64,000 nt of DNA from Candidatus Limnocylindria bacterium (GTDB lineage Bacteria > Chloroflexota > Limnocylindria > QHBO01), in assembly GCA_038322875.1 (NCBI GenBank), contig JBBQGI010000003.1, positions 820 through 64,819 of the forward strand, in the 5' to 3' direction. A program made the position numbers and the translations under genes. The notes under the pieces are model-generated. The model was not told where the DNA came from. It ran no database searches and saw only the letters and a list, made by a program, of their open reading frames with translations. Shown piece after piece: positions 1-9,468 of the stretch (positions are counted from its first letter, which is position 1; every line of letters starts with the position of its first letter).

Positions 1-111
1 ACTACGCCAAGCCCTTGTTCCCCGGCTTGTACCATGAAATTAGAACCATTTGCTCTGCGACACCGCCATTGGTTGTAGCAGCCCGGAGGTTCCGGGCAAC
101 AGGAGGCATCG

Positions 112-669
112 ATGGTGCAGCGCGAGCTGGTCGAACTGGCCAGGAGCGGCGACCGAGAAGCGTTCTCGGCGCTGGCCGCCAGTGTCATCGACCGGCTGTA
201 CGCCACCGCGGTGCTCATCCTGCGTGACCACTCCCTGGCCGACGATGCAACGCAGGAGACGATCGTGCGCGTCTGGCGCGACCTGCCGTCCCTGCGCGAT
301 CCAGATCGCTTCGAGGCCTGGCTGAGGCGCCTGCTGGTCAATGCCTGCCGAGATGAAGGCCGGCGCCATCGGCGACGTCGCCCGGAGATGACATTGCTTC
401 CCATCCATGAGCCCTCGGTCGGCGATTCAAGCGTGACGTTGGCGGACCGGGACGCGCTCGAGCGCGGATTCCGCCGGCTCACCCACGACCACCGCACCGC
501 CGTGGTGCTCCACCACTACCTCGGACTCTCGCTGCCCGAGGTCGCAGACGCGACCGGCGTCCCGCTGGGAACGGCCAAGTCGCGTGTCCACCACGCAACC
601 CTTGCACTTCGAGCGGCACTTGAGGCCGATGCCCGCGGCGCCGGCATGACGAGAGGCGGGACGGCATGA
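112..669 (+). CDS. ECF (extracytoplasmic function) sigma-70 family RNA polymerase sigma factor
   Basis: 185 aa; sigma-70 region 2 and region 4 HTH (LGLSLPEVADATGVPLGTAKSRVHHA); AGGAGG SD 5 nt upstream of the ATG; 4-nt ATGA overlap with the downstream gene. Confidence 0.85.
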   Translation: MVQRELVELARSGDREAFSALAASVIDRLYATAVLILRDHSLADDATQETIVRVWRDLPSLRDPDRFEAWLRRLLVNACRDEGRRHRRRRPEMTLLPIHEPSVGDSSVTLADRDALERGFRRLTHDHRTAVVLHHYLGLSLPEVADATGVPLGTAKSRVHHATLALRAALEADARGAGMTRGGTA

Positions 670-1793
670 GCCGCAACGACGACTTCGACAACACGCTGGA
701 GGCCTGGCTCAGCAGCCAGGCGCCGTCGCAGGCTCCGGACCGGGTGCTGGATGCGGCGCTCGATCGCGTGGCGACGCAGTCGCGGAAGCGGAGCTGGCTG
801 CGGCGCCTGATTGGAGGTACCCCGATGACGATCCTGACCCGCGTCGCGGCGGTGACCGCCGTGGTCGCAGTCGCCGTGCTCGTCGGCTTCCAGCTCAGCC
901 ATCTGATGCGCAACGTCGGTCCCGCACCGTCGCCGAGCCCCTCGGTCTCGGCTCAGTCGACTGAGTCGGCGAGTCCCAGCTCGTTCGAGCCGTCCGCATC
1001 CCCCCGTGCAGCCGCGCTCGTGCTTCGCCTGGAAGGCGGGGCCGAGGATGGCCGGTTCCACCTTGTCACCGTTCTGGAAGACGGTCGCGTCATCACCACC
1101 GCCGCGCGCGGGACGGCCGGGGCCGCGACTCCCCCATTCGAGCGGCGCCTGACGGCAGCCGGTGTTCAGCTGGTGCGCGATGAGATGAATGCGACCGGCC
1201 TGACCGATGCGTCCGCCACCTACTACCCGGTCGCCAAGCCCGGTGTCGAGCCACCCCCTTACGGGGGCGTGGGATCGGCACTGGAGGTCGGGCTACCGGG
1301 CGGCGTTGCGGTGTCCATCACATGGTTCTACTGGGGCGATGGCAATCCCTACTTCGAGCCACAGCCTGAGGCTCTGGCGCTCACCAATCTTGCCGGCCGC
1401 CTGCAGACGCTCGAGGAATGGCTCCCGGCAGGGGCCTGGGCCGATGCGTCCCCCCAAGCTTATGCGCCGGCACAGTACCGGATCGTCATCTCCACAGACC
1501 CATGGGGCGGCAGCGTGAACGACCTCCCGGTCGAGAGCTCGACCGTGGCCTGGCCACTCGACGCGGGGATCGATGCGTTCGGCGCTGTGATTTCGGCGGG
1601 ATCCCCCGAGATTCGATGCGGCTTGGCGACTGCTACGGAGGGTGCGGCCGTCATCGACGCACTTGAGACCGCCGGAGCCACCCCGTCCGATACCCAGTCG
1701 TATCTTTCTTTCCAGCTTGGGCTTCGGGCCGTCAGCCGCCGGATCACGATCACACTCGAACCGGTCATTCCCTTCTTCCCGGGAAGGTGCTAG
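666..1793 (+). CDS. membrane-anchored putative anti-sigma factor
   Basis: Translationally coupled to the ECF sigma; single TM helix (ILTRVAAVTAVVAVAVLVGF) after a short cytoplasmic N-terminus; Ser/Pro/Ala-rich linker; no recognisable catalytic motif. Confidence 0.55.
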   Translation: MSRNDDFDNTLEAWLSSQAPSQAPDRVLDAALDRVATQSRKRSWLRRLIGGTPMTILTRVAAVTAVVAVAVLVGFQLSHLMRNVGPAPSPSPSVSAQSTESASPSSFEPSASPRAAALVLRLEGGAEDGRFHLVTVLEDGRVITTAARGTAGAATPPFERRLTAAGVQLVRDEMNATGLTDASATYYPVAKPGVEPPPYGGVGSALEVGLPGGVAVSITWFYWGDGNPYFEPQPEALALTNLAGRLQTLEEWLPAGAWADASPQAYAPAQYRIVISTDPWGGSVNDLPVESSTVAWPLDAGIDAFGAVISAGSPEIRCGLATATEGAAVIDALETAGATPSDTQSYLSFQLGLRAVSRRITITLEPVIPFFPGRC

Positions 1794-1976
1794 GGCGTTC
1801 TAGAGGGCGTCCCGGTTCGTGGCCGATCGACGATCACGATCACGCCTTGGTAAAGCGGGTTCTTCCCGACGACCATCAGCGCGCGAGGGCCAGCCGGCCG
1901 GGGTAACGACGAGCCTACGGCATCGCGATCGGTCTGTTCCCGGCGCGGCCTGGAATCGGTCTGTAGGATTGCCGGC

Positions 1977-2621
1977 ATGGGCCAGATGATGCGACTCGAC
2001 TCCCTCAGCGGCGACACCAGCACCTACGTGGCGTCGGCACAGCCGTCGCCGGGAGCGTCCGTCCTGCTGCTCCACCCGTGGTGGGGCCTGAACCAGACGA
2101 TCCGTGACCTGGCCGACCGGCTCGCTGGCGACGGGTTCACGGTCATGGCGCCGGACCTGTTCGATGGCACCGTCCTGACCACGCCGGAAGACGCAAAGGA
2201 GCACCTCTCCTCGGTGGGGGACGACACGGAACGAGTCAATGCCACCCTCAACCACCTCCTCGCCCACCCCGACGCTCGAGGCGACCGCGCCGCGATCATC
2301 GGGCTCAGCTTCGGCGCCATGTACGGCACCGACGTCGCCGGCTCGCGATCTGATATCGCCGCCCTGGTCTGCTTCTACAGCGGCATCTTCGAGGCGCCAC
2401 ACGGCATCCCCTACCTCGGGCACTTCGCCGAGGACGATGAGTTCGACGACTCGGCCCAGGTGCCTGACTTTGAGAAGACGCTCGGCGAGGACAGCGCAGC
2501 GTACGTCTACCCCGGCACGAAGCACTGGTTCCTCGAGGCGGACCGCCCCGAATACGAAGCCGGTGCAGCCGAGCTCGCCTACGCCCGGACCCTCGCCTTC
2601 CTGCGCGAGCACGTGGCATAG
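1977..2621 (+). CDS. dienelactone hydrolase family protein
   Basis: LLLHPWWGLN...GFTVMAPDLFDG...GLSFG...HWF motifs of the DLH alpha/beta-hydrolase family. Confidence 0.75.
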   Translation: MGQMMRLDSLSGDTSTYVASAQPSPGASVLLLHPWWGLNQTIRDLADRLAGDGFTVMAPDLFDGTVLTTPEDAKEHLSSVGDDTERVNATLNHLLAHPDARGDRAAIIGLSFGAMYGTDVAGSRSDIAALVCFYSGIFEAPHGIPYLGHFAEDDEFDDSAQVPDFEKTLGEDSAAYVYPGTKHWFLEADRPEYEAGAAELAYARTLAFLREHVA

Positions 2622-2625
2622 GCCG

Positions 2626-3297
2626 ATGGGAGAAACGATCCGCATGCACGCAGCCGCAGGCGACACCGATACCTACCTCGCGCCGGCGCAACCCGCTCCC
2701 GGTCAGCCTGTCCTGCTGCTGCACACCTGGTGGGGCCTGAACCAGGTCATGCGCGACCTGGCCGACCGGCTCGCTGGCGACGGGTTCACGGTCATGGCGC
2801 CCGACCTGTTCGATGGCACCGTCCTGACCACCATCGACGACGCCGACGCGTTCACGACCGCCATCGAGCAGGGTGGCGGCGGGCCGGGAGGTCTCAATCC
2901 CGATCACATCATGGGCCGCGTCGCCGCCACGCTCGATCATCTCCTCGCTCACCCTGACGTGCGGGGCGACAGGGCCGCGATCGTGGCGGCGAGCTTCGGC
3001 GGCTGGTACGGCAGCCAGGTGGCAGCCGAGCGGTCCGACGTCGCCGCCTTCGTTGCCATCTACAGCGACGTCTACGACGGGCCTGGGGGAGCAGCCTACC
3101 TCGGCCACTTCGCCGAGCAGGACCAGTTCGTCGATCCTCCCCCGGCGGAGACGGCACTTGCCGAGGGGAGTGCCGCGTACGTCTACCCGCGGATGAAGCA
3201 TTGGTTCATCGAGCCGGACCGGCCGGAGTACGACACAGAGGCGGCGGAGCTCGTCTACCGCCGCACGGTCGACTTCCTCCGCGCCAACCTGGACTAG
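2626..3297 (+). CDS. dienelactone hydrolase family protein, tandem paralog
   Basis: Strong similarity to the preceding gene (LLLHTWWGLNQVMRDLADRLAGDGFTVMAPDLFDGTVLTT); the track ORF 2239..3297 has an in-frame ATG at 2626 just after the upstream stop. Confidence 0.75.
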   Translation: MGETIRMHAAAGDTDTYLAPAQPAPGQPVLLLHTWWGLNQVMRDLADRLAGDGFTVMAPDLFDGTVLTTIDDADAFTTAIEQGGGGPGGLNPDHIMGRVAATLDHLLAHPDVRGDRAAIVAASFGGWYGSQVAAERSDVAAFVAIYSDVYDGPGGAAYLGHFAEQDQFVDPPPAETALAEGSAAYVYPRMKHWFIEPDRPEYDTEAAELVYRRTVDFLRANLD

Positions 3298-4541
3298 GCC
3301 GCGGCCGCTCGAACGGTGCGCAGGTCACGGGCCACCACCACACCCAGCGCGACCGCCACCGCGGCACCGATGCCGGCCAGCAAGGCGAAGCTCGCGGTCG
3401 CGACCACATAGCCCGAGCTGAAGCTGGCAACCGCTGCCGTCGCCCAGACGAGGGCGTCGCTGGCCCCCTGCAGCCGCGCGCGATCGCCGAGCGGCGCCTC
3501 GGAGGCAAGCAGCGAGCTTCCGGCGACGAAGCCGAGGTTCCACCCCACGCCCAGCAGGAACATCGGGATCGCCAGCCCCACGCCGCTGTCCGGAATCACC
3601 GCGGCAAGCAGGCCTGCGGCAGCCAGGACCGAGAAACCCGCGAGGATCACGGCATTCGCGCCGAACCGATCGGTCGCCCGACCCGACAACGGTGAGAAGG
3701 CAAACATTCCGAGAGTGTGGGCGCTGATCACGAGGCCCACCGTCTCGAGCCCGTGACCCATGGCATGGAGGTGGTACGGCGTCATGGTCATCACCAGGGT
3801 CATCACCAGCTGGCTCGTCACCAGGGCGACAAGCGCCGTGCGACCCTGCGGCCTCCGCACCAGCTCGGCGAGCAGCCGGCGCTGAGAGGTCGGCGCATGT
3901 CCGTCGGCGCGCGCCGGTTCGTCGAGGTGCGGCTGGACCGGAGCGCGGGGACCGGCCGCTGCCACCACGAGGGCGGCGGCAAGGAAGACGAACGCCATCG
4001 CGAAGCCGCCGGCCAGCGGCAGCAATCCGAAGGTCGGCGCGACGGCTCCCGCCGGTGCCACGAGGTTCGGGCCGACCACGGCGCCGATGGTGCTGCCCCA
4101 TACGACGAAGCCGAGCGCACCGGCGCGGCGGTCTGCCGGAAAGAGGTCAGACGCGGCATAGCGGCTCAGGTTCATGGCGGCGTTGCCGAAGCCGACCAAC
4201 GCCGAAGCAACCAGCAGGAGGACCAGGGACGCGACCATGACTGCGACAACCGCGAGCGAGCCGCCTGCGACCGCCACGGAAAGCCCCAGCACGATCCCCG
4301 CGCGACGGCCTCGCCGCGCCATCAGTGATGAGAGGAGTGATGCAGCGAGTGCCGTCCCCGCAACCGCGATAGCACTCGGCCAGCCGCTCGACCCGGCGGA
4401 GCCCGTCATCTGGGGGGCCGCGAGCGACGCGACGGTGAACGTCGCGATGTAGGCGATGCTCGTCAGCGCCGCGGCCGTGAAGTAGGTACCGAGCGCGCGG
4501 GAGCGCAGTCGCTCGATCTCCGGGGTCGCAGCGGGCAGCAT
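3294..4541 (-). CDS. MFS transporter
   Basis: About 12 predicted TM segments; MFS-like loop motifs; start chosen at the internal ATG (MLPAATPEIERL...); the track ORF extends to 4643. Confidence 0.7.
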   Translation of the reverse strand: MLPAATPEIERLRSRALGTYFTAAALTSIAYIATFTVASLAAPQMTGSAGSSGWPSAIAVAGTALAASLLSSLMARRGRRAGIVLGLSVAVAGGSLAVVAVMVASLVLLLVASALVGFGNAAMNLSRYAASDLFPADRRAGALGFVVWGSTIGAVVGPNLVAPAGAVAPTFGLLPLAGGFAMAFVFLAAALVVAAAGPRAPVQPHLDEPARADGHAPTSQRRLLAELVRRPQGRTALVALVTSQLVMTLVMTMTPYHLHAMGHGLETVGLVISAHTLGMFAFSPLSGRATDRFGANAVILAGFSVLAAAGLLAAVIPDSGVGLAIPMFLLGVGWNLGFVAGSSLLASEAPLGDRARLQGASDALVWATAAVASFSSGYVVATASFALLAGIGAAVAVALGVVVARDLRTVRAAAA

Positions 4542-4591
4542 CGCGCGGATGATAGCGGCGGCGGCATGAGAGGCTGGGGCATCATCCCGCG

Positions 4592-4986
4592 ATGCGACTG
4601 GAGATCCCCACGGTCGAGACCGACAGGCTTCGGCTGCGGCCATTCACTCAGGCCGATGTGATGGCCTGTTCGAACTGTCCCAGGATCCCGATGTGGTTCG
4701 TTTCGTCGGCGATCGACGCGTTCCGACGCTCCAGGAGGCGTGGAGGGCGGTTGCGGGCTGGATCGGGCACTGGGCGATGCGAGGCTACGGTCAGTGGGCC
4801 ATCGAGGAGCGGGATGGTGGCCGCTTCATCGGTCGCGCCGGCGTCAGCAACCCCGCGGAGTGGCCCGGCCCCGAGGTTGGGTATCTGCTCGGTCGACAGT
4901 GGTGGGGACACGGCTACGCTGCAGGGGCCGCCCGCGCGGCGATCTACGGCGTTAGCGACGCTGAGTGGCAGGCGAGGCGGTCATGA
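4592..4986 (+). pseudogene. GNAT family N-acetyltransferase (RimJ/RimL-like) with apparent frameshift
   Basis: N-terminus (MRLEIPTVETDRLRLRPFTQADV) is in frame 2. The remainder (DGLFELSQDPDVVRFVGD...GYLLGRQWWGHGYA) continues in frame 1. The frames switch at about 4655-4662. Confidence 0.6.
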
Positions 4987-6254
4987 AGGCTGAGTCGGGG
5001 CCGACCACGGGCCGCTTCGGCGCATTGGCCGAACCCCAGTTCAGGCTGCTCTGGATCGGGCAGACCGCTTCTTCGGCCGGCGATGCGCTGATCCCGGTGG
5101 CAATCGCATTCGCCGTGCTCAGGATCGGTGGGTCGGCAGCCGACCTGGGGGTCGTGTTCGCGGCCTTCACCGTGGCGCACGTGGCGCTCGTCCTGGCCGG
5201 GGGCGTGTGGGCGGACCGGCTGCCCCGGCAGCTGGTGATGGTCGTCTGCGACGTGGTCCGAGCGATAGCCGAGGTCGTGCTGGCGTTCCTGCTGCTCAGT
5301 GGCTCAGCCCAGATCTGGCACATCGCGGTCGGGGCCGCGGTGATCGGCGCGGCGAGTGCCTTCTTCCTGCCCGCCAGCAGCGGCCTGATCCCACAGACGG
5401 TGAGCCCGGGCCGGCTGCAGCAGGCGAATGCCCTGATGACCCTGTCGCGTAGTGCGACCGGCATCTTCGGACCGCCGATCTCAGGGCTGGTCATCGCGTT
5501 CTATGGCACCGGGGCGATCTTCCTGATCGACGCGGCGACATTCGTGGTCAGTGGGATCTCGCTGCTCCTGCTGCACCCAGTGCCGGGCGAGAAGCGCAAT
5601 GAGCCACAGCCTTTTCTGGCCGAGCTGGCCGCGGGCTGGCGCGAGGTGGTCGAACGACGCTGGATCCTGGCCGGTATCAGCGCGTTCGCGATCGGCAACC
5701 TGGCGGCATCGCCGTTCTTCATCCTGGGCGCCGTCATCGCCGATCAGAAGCTGGGCGGCTCCACGGCCTGGGGCATCATCCTGACCGGGAGCGGGATCGG
5801 CGGGCTGATCGGCGGGCTGCTCGCCCTGCGACTGCGTCCGAAGCGACCGCTCTTCGTGGGCTTCCTGATCACAAACTTCATGGCGTTGCCGCTGCTGGCG
5901 CTGGTTGGGCCGCTCCCGACGCTGATGATCGCGGCCAGCTCATTGCTCTCCGTTGCGGCGATCCAGCTCGCCAATACGTGGTGGTTCACGATGCTGCAGC
6001 AACACGTTCCGGAGCACGCCCGATCCCGAGTGAGCAGCTACGACTGGCTGGTGTCGCTGGTCTTCCAGCCGGTCGGGTTCATGCTGGCCGGTCCCCTCGC
6101 CGGGTGGATCGGCTTCGAGGCGACGCTGCTTGGCGCCGTGGCACTTTCGCTCGTCGCCAACCTGGGCGTCCTGCTGGTGCGCGCCGTGCGCGACGTGCGC
6201 TGGGTCGAGGACGCCGCACCAACCGTCGCCAGCACGGACGGACCGCTACCGTAG
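4983..6254 (+). CDS. MFS transporter (DHA3/EntS-like)
   Basis: 12 TM; FRLLWIGQTASSAGD N-terminal motif; ATGA overlap with the upstream GNAT stop. Confidence 0.8.
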   Translation: MKAESGPTTGRFGALAEPQFRLLWIGQTASSAGDALIPVAIAFAVLRIGGSAADLGVVFAAFTVAHVALVLAGGVWADRLPRQLVMVVCDVVRAIAEVVLAFLLLSGSAQIWHIAVGAAVIGAASAFFLPASSGLIPQTVSPGRLQQANALMTLSRSATGIFGPPISGLVIAFYGTGAIFLIDAATFVVSGISLLLLHPVPGEKRNEPQPFLAELAAGWREVVERRWILAGISAFAIGNLAASPFFILGAVIADQKLGGSTAWGIILTGSGIGGLIGGLLALRLRPKRPLFVGFLITNFMALPLLALVGPLPTLMIAASSLLSVAAIQLANTWWFTMLQQHVPEHARSRVSSYDWLVSLVFQPVGFMLAGPLAGWIGFEATLLGAVALSLVANLGVLLVRAVRDVRWVEDAAPTVASTDGPLP

Positions 6255-6272
6255 GCGGTCGGAATTCTCGCT

Positions 6273-7166
6273 CTAGGCGAGCGCCTCGAGGACCGGCAGG
6301 TGCTCGGTCGTCCCATCGGGCGCCACGGGGATCACGGCAACGTGGGTGGCGCCGGCGGCGACCATCTGCGCGATCCGGACGCGGATGAACTCGACGTCGC
6401 CCCAGGCCACCATCGCATCCACCAGCCGATCGCTACCCGGCTTCTCCCAATCAGCTTCCGCAAAGCCTTGCGCGGCCCAGCTCGCCTGGTATGCCGGCGT
6501 GCGCAGGTAGGGCGCGAGGTAGGCGCGCGCCGCAGCGCGAGCCAACTCGGGATCGGTCTCGAGGACGGCGGGCATCGAGACGGCCAGCACAGGCCGCCGA
6601 CCCGGGCTTGCGGCATCCAGGACACCCCGCGTCCACCTCACGCGTTCAGGGGTGACGAGGTACGGGAAGGCACCATCGGCCTCGGTCGCGGCCAAGGTCA
6701 GCATGCGTTCGCGAATGGCTGCGACCAGGACCGGCGGCTCGGCCACGGCATCGGCTCCTGGTCCACGGTAGATGGCAGCCCGATATGCGGCGAGGTACTC
6801 GCGCATACGAGTCAGCGGCCGCTCGTAGGTGTGGCCGCGCAGCTTCTGCGCCAGGTGCAGGTGCGACACCCCCAGGCCCAGCACGAAGCGCCCGTCGGTT
6901 GCCTCCTGCAGCGTCATGGCTGCCATGCGGGTCGTCTGCGCATCGTGGCCCCAGATGCTCACAATGCTCGTTCCCAATCGGATCGAGGTCGTCTCCCCCG
7001 CCAGCAGGCCGAGCAGCGTGAACGACTCGCGGCCGACCGTCTCGGGCACCCAGAGCGTGCCGTAGCCGAGCTCGTCGACGCGGCGCGCGTACGCCCGGGC
7101 ATCCTCGATCGACAGCGAGTCGAGGTGGCCCCATGCTCCCAGTCGCCCCAGGTCGACGGCGCTCAT
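6273..7166 (-). CDS. LLM-class (luciferase-like) F420-dependent oxidoreductase
   Basis: 297 aa; TIM-barrel LLM motifs (LWVPETVGRESFTLLGLLAGETTSIRLGTSIVSIW...GRFVLGLGVS); start set at the ATG forming an ATGA overlap with the upstream gene; the track ORF is over-extended to 8300. Confidence 0.75.
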   Translation of the reverse strand: MSAVDLGRLGAWGHLDSLSIEDARAYARRVDELGYGTLWVPETVGRESFTLLGLLAGETTSIRLGTSIVSIWGHDAQTTRMAAMTLQEATDGRFVLGLGVSHLHLAQKLRGHTYERPLTRMREYLAAYRAAIYRGPGADAVAEPPVLVAAIRERMLTLAATEADGAFPYLVTPERVRWTRGVLDAASPGRRPVLAVSMPAVLETDPELARAAARAYLAPYLRTPAYQASWAAQGFAEADWEKPGSDRLVDAMVAWGDVEFIRVRIAQMVAAGATHVAVIPVAPDGTTEHLPVLEALA

Positions 7167-7963
7167 TCGTCGATGCCCCCGAACCGGTAGCGCATGAAAA
7201 GCTCCTCCCCGGACCGATGGATGCTCATCAATTGGCCCTCGCGCGGATGCTCGGCAAACGGAGAACCGCCGGGGATGGCGGCGATCATGGGCAGGGCCCC
7301 TGTCCCGAGCAGCCGCGCACCGATCGTCCAGTACAGGTCGTCGAGCAGCCCCACGGCCAGGAACGCCGCGTTCGTGGTCGGCCCGCCCTCGAGCAGGAGG
7401 GATCCGATCCGACGCTCGCCGAGCCGGGCCAGGATCCAGGCGGGCTGGGGCCTTCCCGTCGGCGCTACCAGGATCTCCGTCCCCGGCGGCTGCTCGGGCC
7501 GCGGAGCCTGCGCACCCAGCACCAGGATGCGCGGCTGGTCGGCGTGGCTGAACCAGGCGCGATCGGTCGGGATCGCTCCGCCGCCGCCGATCACCACGGC
7601 GGTTGGCTGTGGCGAGCGTCCCGCTGCGGTCCGGCGCGCGGCGAGGTCGGCCGGCAGGTGCGAGTAGAAGTCGTCGGCGCGCAGGGTGCCCACGCCGCTC
7701 CCGACCGCGTCGTATGCCACGCGCAGCAGCTGGAGCAAGCGTCGATCGGCGCGGCCGGAGAGCCCCTCCGCGCTCCCGGCGAGCTGTGCACGTCCGTCGA
7801 TGCTGGTGACCATGTTCACGCCGACCAGCGGGCGCCCCGCCGGAGTGGGCGGCAGTGCGAGATCGGCGAACGCCTCGTCGAGGTCGAGGTCTGTCGCAGG
7901 ATCGGGCCATAGGCGGTCGACGCTGAAGGCTGGCATCGCGCGATGGTACGCGCCCGTCGGCAT
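7163..7963 (-). CDS. RibD C-terminal domain / dihydrofolate reductase family protein
   Basis: LVGVNMVTSIDGRA...LLLEGGPT motifs of the RibD_C reductase family; coupled to the LLM gene by an ATGA overlap. Confidence 0.7.
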   Translation of the reverse strand: MPTGAYHRAMPAFSVDRLWPDPATDLDLDEAFADLALPPTPAGRPLVGVNMVTSIDGRAQLAGSAEGLSGRADRRLLQLLRVAYDAVGSGVGTLRADDFYSHLPADLAARRTAAGRSPQPTAVVIGGGGAIPTDRAWFSHADQPRILVLGAQAPRPEQPPGTEILVAPTGRPQPAWILARLGERRIGSLLLEGGPTTNAAFLAVGLLDDLYWTIGARLLGTGALPMIAAIPGGSPFAEHPREGQLMSIHRSGEELFMRYRFGGIDE

Positions 7964-7966
7964 CGG

Positions 7967-8287
7967 TCAGTCGAAGATGCGCTCCAGGTGCCAGGTGCCG
8001 CGCATCTCGTCGAGGTAGACGGTGCAGAGCAGCCCGTCGCGCGTGACGAGCTTGAAGTAGGAGCGCGCCGTCGGCTCGCGCCACCAGTCGTCGTCGACGC
8101 GCCAGCGGTTGCAGATCCCCACCTCGCCGTGCGTCTCGCCGTCCAGGCGGAGGCGGAGCGGGATGCCGGAGGCATCGGTCTCGACCTGGATGAGGGGATG
8201 GTCGAGATACAGGCGCGTCACAGTTCGACCAGCCTGGACCGATGTTCGGGCAGCGACGCGCTCGGCCGGTCGTGGCTGGCCCGCCAC
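7967..8287 (-). CDS. small conserved protein linked to imuB (W-rich motif RWRVDDDWWREP...YFKL), possibly the C-terminal part of ImuB
   Basis: 106 aa ORF with GTG start, overlapping the imuB-like ORF by 70 nt in another frame; abuts the downstream gene with a 3-nt gap. Confidence 0.45.
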   Translation of the reverse strand: MAGQPRPAERVAARTSVQAGRTVTRLYLDHPLIQVETDASGIPLRLRLDGETHGEVGICNRWRVDDDWWREPTARSYFKLVTRDGLLCTVYLDEMRGTWHLERIFD

Positions 8288-9267
8288 AGGCGGCCCTCAC
8301 CGAAGCGCATGGTCAGCCGTTCCAGCGACCAGCGCAGCTCCTCCCAGCGGCCGACCCGTGCCTCGAAGGCGGGCAGCTGCCTGGCGGCAGGGTCGGCGAG
8401 ACGGTCGAAGGCCAGACCGATGGCGACGATGCGTGGCTCCTCCTCGCTCGGCTGTCGCGCCCGGGTGGCCTGCTCCAGGCGACCGATCAGGAGGCGCGCA
8501 ATCCAGTCCGGCTCGAGCGTCGGCTCGGGGAAGGCCAGCTCGACGTTGAGCTTCGGGGCATCCTCCAGGCGTAGGTTCAGCGTGGCCCGGCCGGGTGCCA
8601 GGTGGCGGGCACGCAAGGTGTCGCACAGCTCCGCGACGATGCGGCGCAGGGCGAGCGCGATCTCGGTGATCCCCTCTGCCGGCGGCTCGAAGGCCGCATG
8701 GGCTCGCAGCCGTTCCGGGCGGCGGCGCGGGACGAGCGGGCGTGGATCGCGGCCGCGGGCGAGCTGCTGGAGCCGCTCCCCGGCCGATCCGAACTGGGCG
8801 CCGACCGCGGATCGCGGGAGCGCGGCCAGCTGGCCCATGGCGGTCAGCCCGAAGAGGGCGAAGCGGGCACGCGTCTCCGGATCGGCGGTGAGCAGGTCCA
8901 GGGAGAGCGGCACGAGGGCGGCGGCGCCTTCGTGAGGAGGGATGGTGAGGAAGACGGCCGGCGCCCCTGGCCGTTGGGGGCGTGCCAGGCGCGCGGCCAG
9001 GACTGCCAGCCAGCGGTTGTCCCCCACTCCCGCCCGCACGGGGAGCGGTGCGATCCCGCGCGCCAGCGTCACCGCCCGCGCTGCGATCCGGCGCTCATCG
9101 CCGAGGAGCGGCCCGAGGCCCGTGATGTCGACCAGCGCCACTCCCCGGTCGACCGCCTCGATCCGCGGGGAGAGGTCATCGAGGCGATCCAGCATGGCAT
9201 CGAAGGTGGCGCTCTCCCCCTCCGGCGTGCGCAGCGCCGGCCAGACGAGCGCCAGCAGCCGCGTCAC
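8218..9267 (-). CDS. imuB: ImuB-like inactive Y-family DNA polymerase homolog
   Basis: 349 aa; N-terminus (MTRLLALVWPAL...) resembles the start of ImuB/DinB-like proteins but lacks catalytic acidic residues; lies immediately downstream of imuA' in a LexA-box operon. Confidence 0.55.
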   Translation of the reverse strand: MTRLLALVWPALRTPEGESATFDAMLDRLDDLSPRIEAVDRGVALVDITGLGPLLGDERRIAARAVTLARGIAPLPVRAGVGDNRWLAVLAARLARPQRPGAPAVFLTIPPHEGAAALVPLSLDLLTADPETRARFALFGLTAMGQLAALPRSAVGAQFGSAGERLQQLARGRDPRPLVPRRRPERLRAHAAFEPPAEGITEIALALRRIVAELCDTLRARHLAPGRATLNLRLEDAPKLNVELAFPEPTLEPDWIARLLIGRLEQATRARQPSEEEPRIVAIGLAFDRLADPAARQLPAFEARVGRWEELRWSLERLTMRFGEGRLWRASHDRPSASLPEHRSRLVEL

Positions 9268-9285
9268 GCGACCGCTCCCTTGTCC

Positions 9286-9446
9286 CGCTTGCGCTCAGCG
9301 TCAGTAACGACCAAGTAGCGCCAGGTCGCTGCCGTTTCGGGGGACGAGAGCGCCTCTTCTTGCCTGCTACCGACGCTGAGCGCAACCCACGGCCAAGGAA
9401 CGCCCAGAGAGCGACCCTGCTTGGCCGTTAGCGACGCTGAGCGCAA
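9286..9446. repeat. inverted/direct repeat element in the imuA-imuB spacer (core GACGCTGAGCGCAA x3)
   Basis: TTGCGCTCAGCGTC at 9289-9302 is the perfect reverse complement of GACGCTGAGCGCAA at 9372-9385 and 9433-9446. The extended 21-nt arms CGTTAnnGACGCTGAGCGCAA lie at 9286-9308 (inverted) and 9426-9446. Confidence 0.6.
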
Positions 9447-9468
9447 ATCGTTGGGCACCGCGGCGGCC

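Noticed and set aside
7167-8300. N-terminal extension of the 675-aa ORF 6273..8300
   Set aside because: Only the last 297 aa (LLM oxidoreductase) show motifs. The extension overlaps the RibD_C gene and the small imuB-linked ORF in other frames and is Arg/Pro-rich low complexity.
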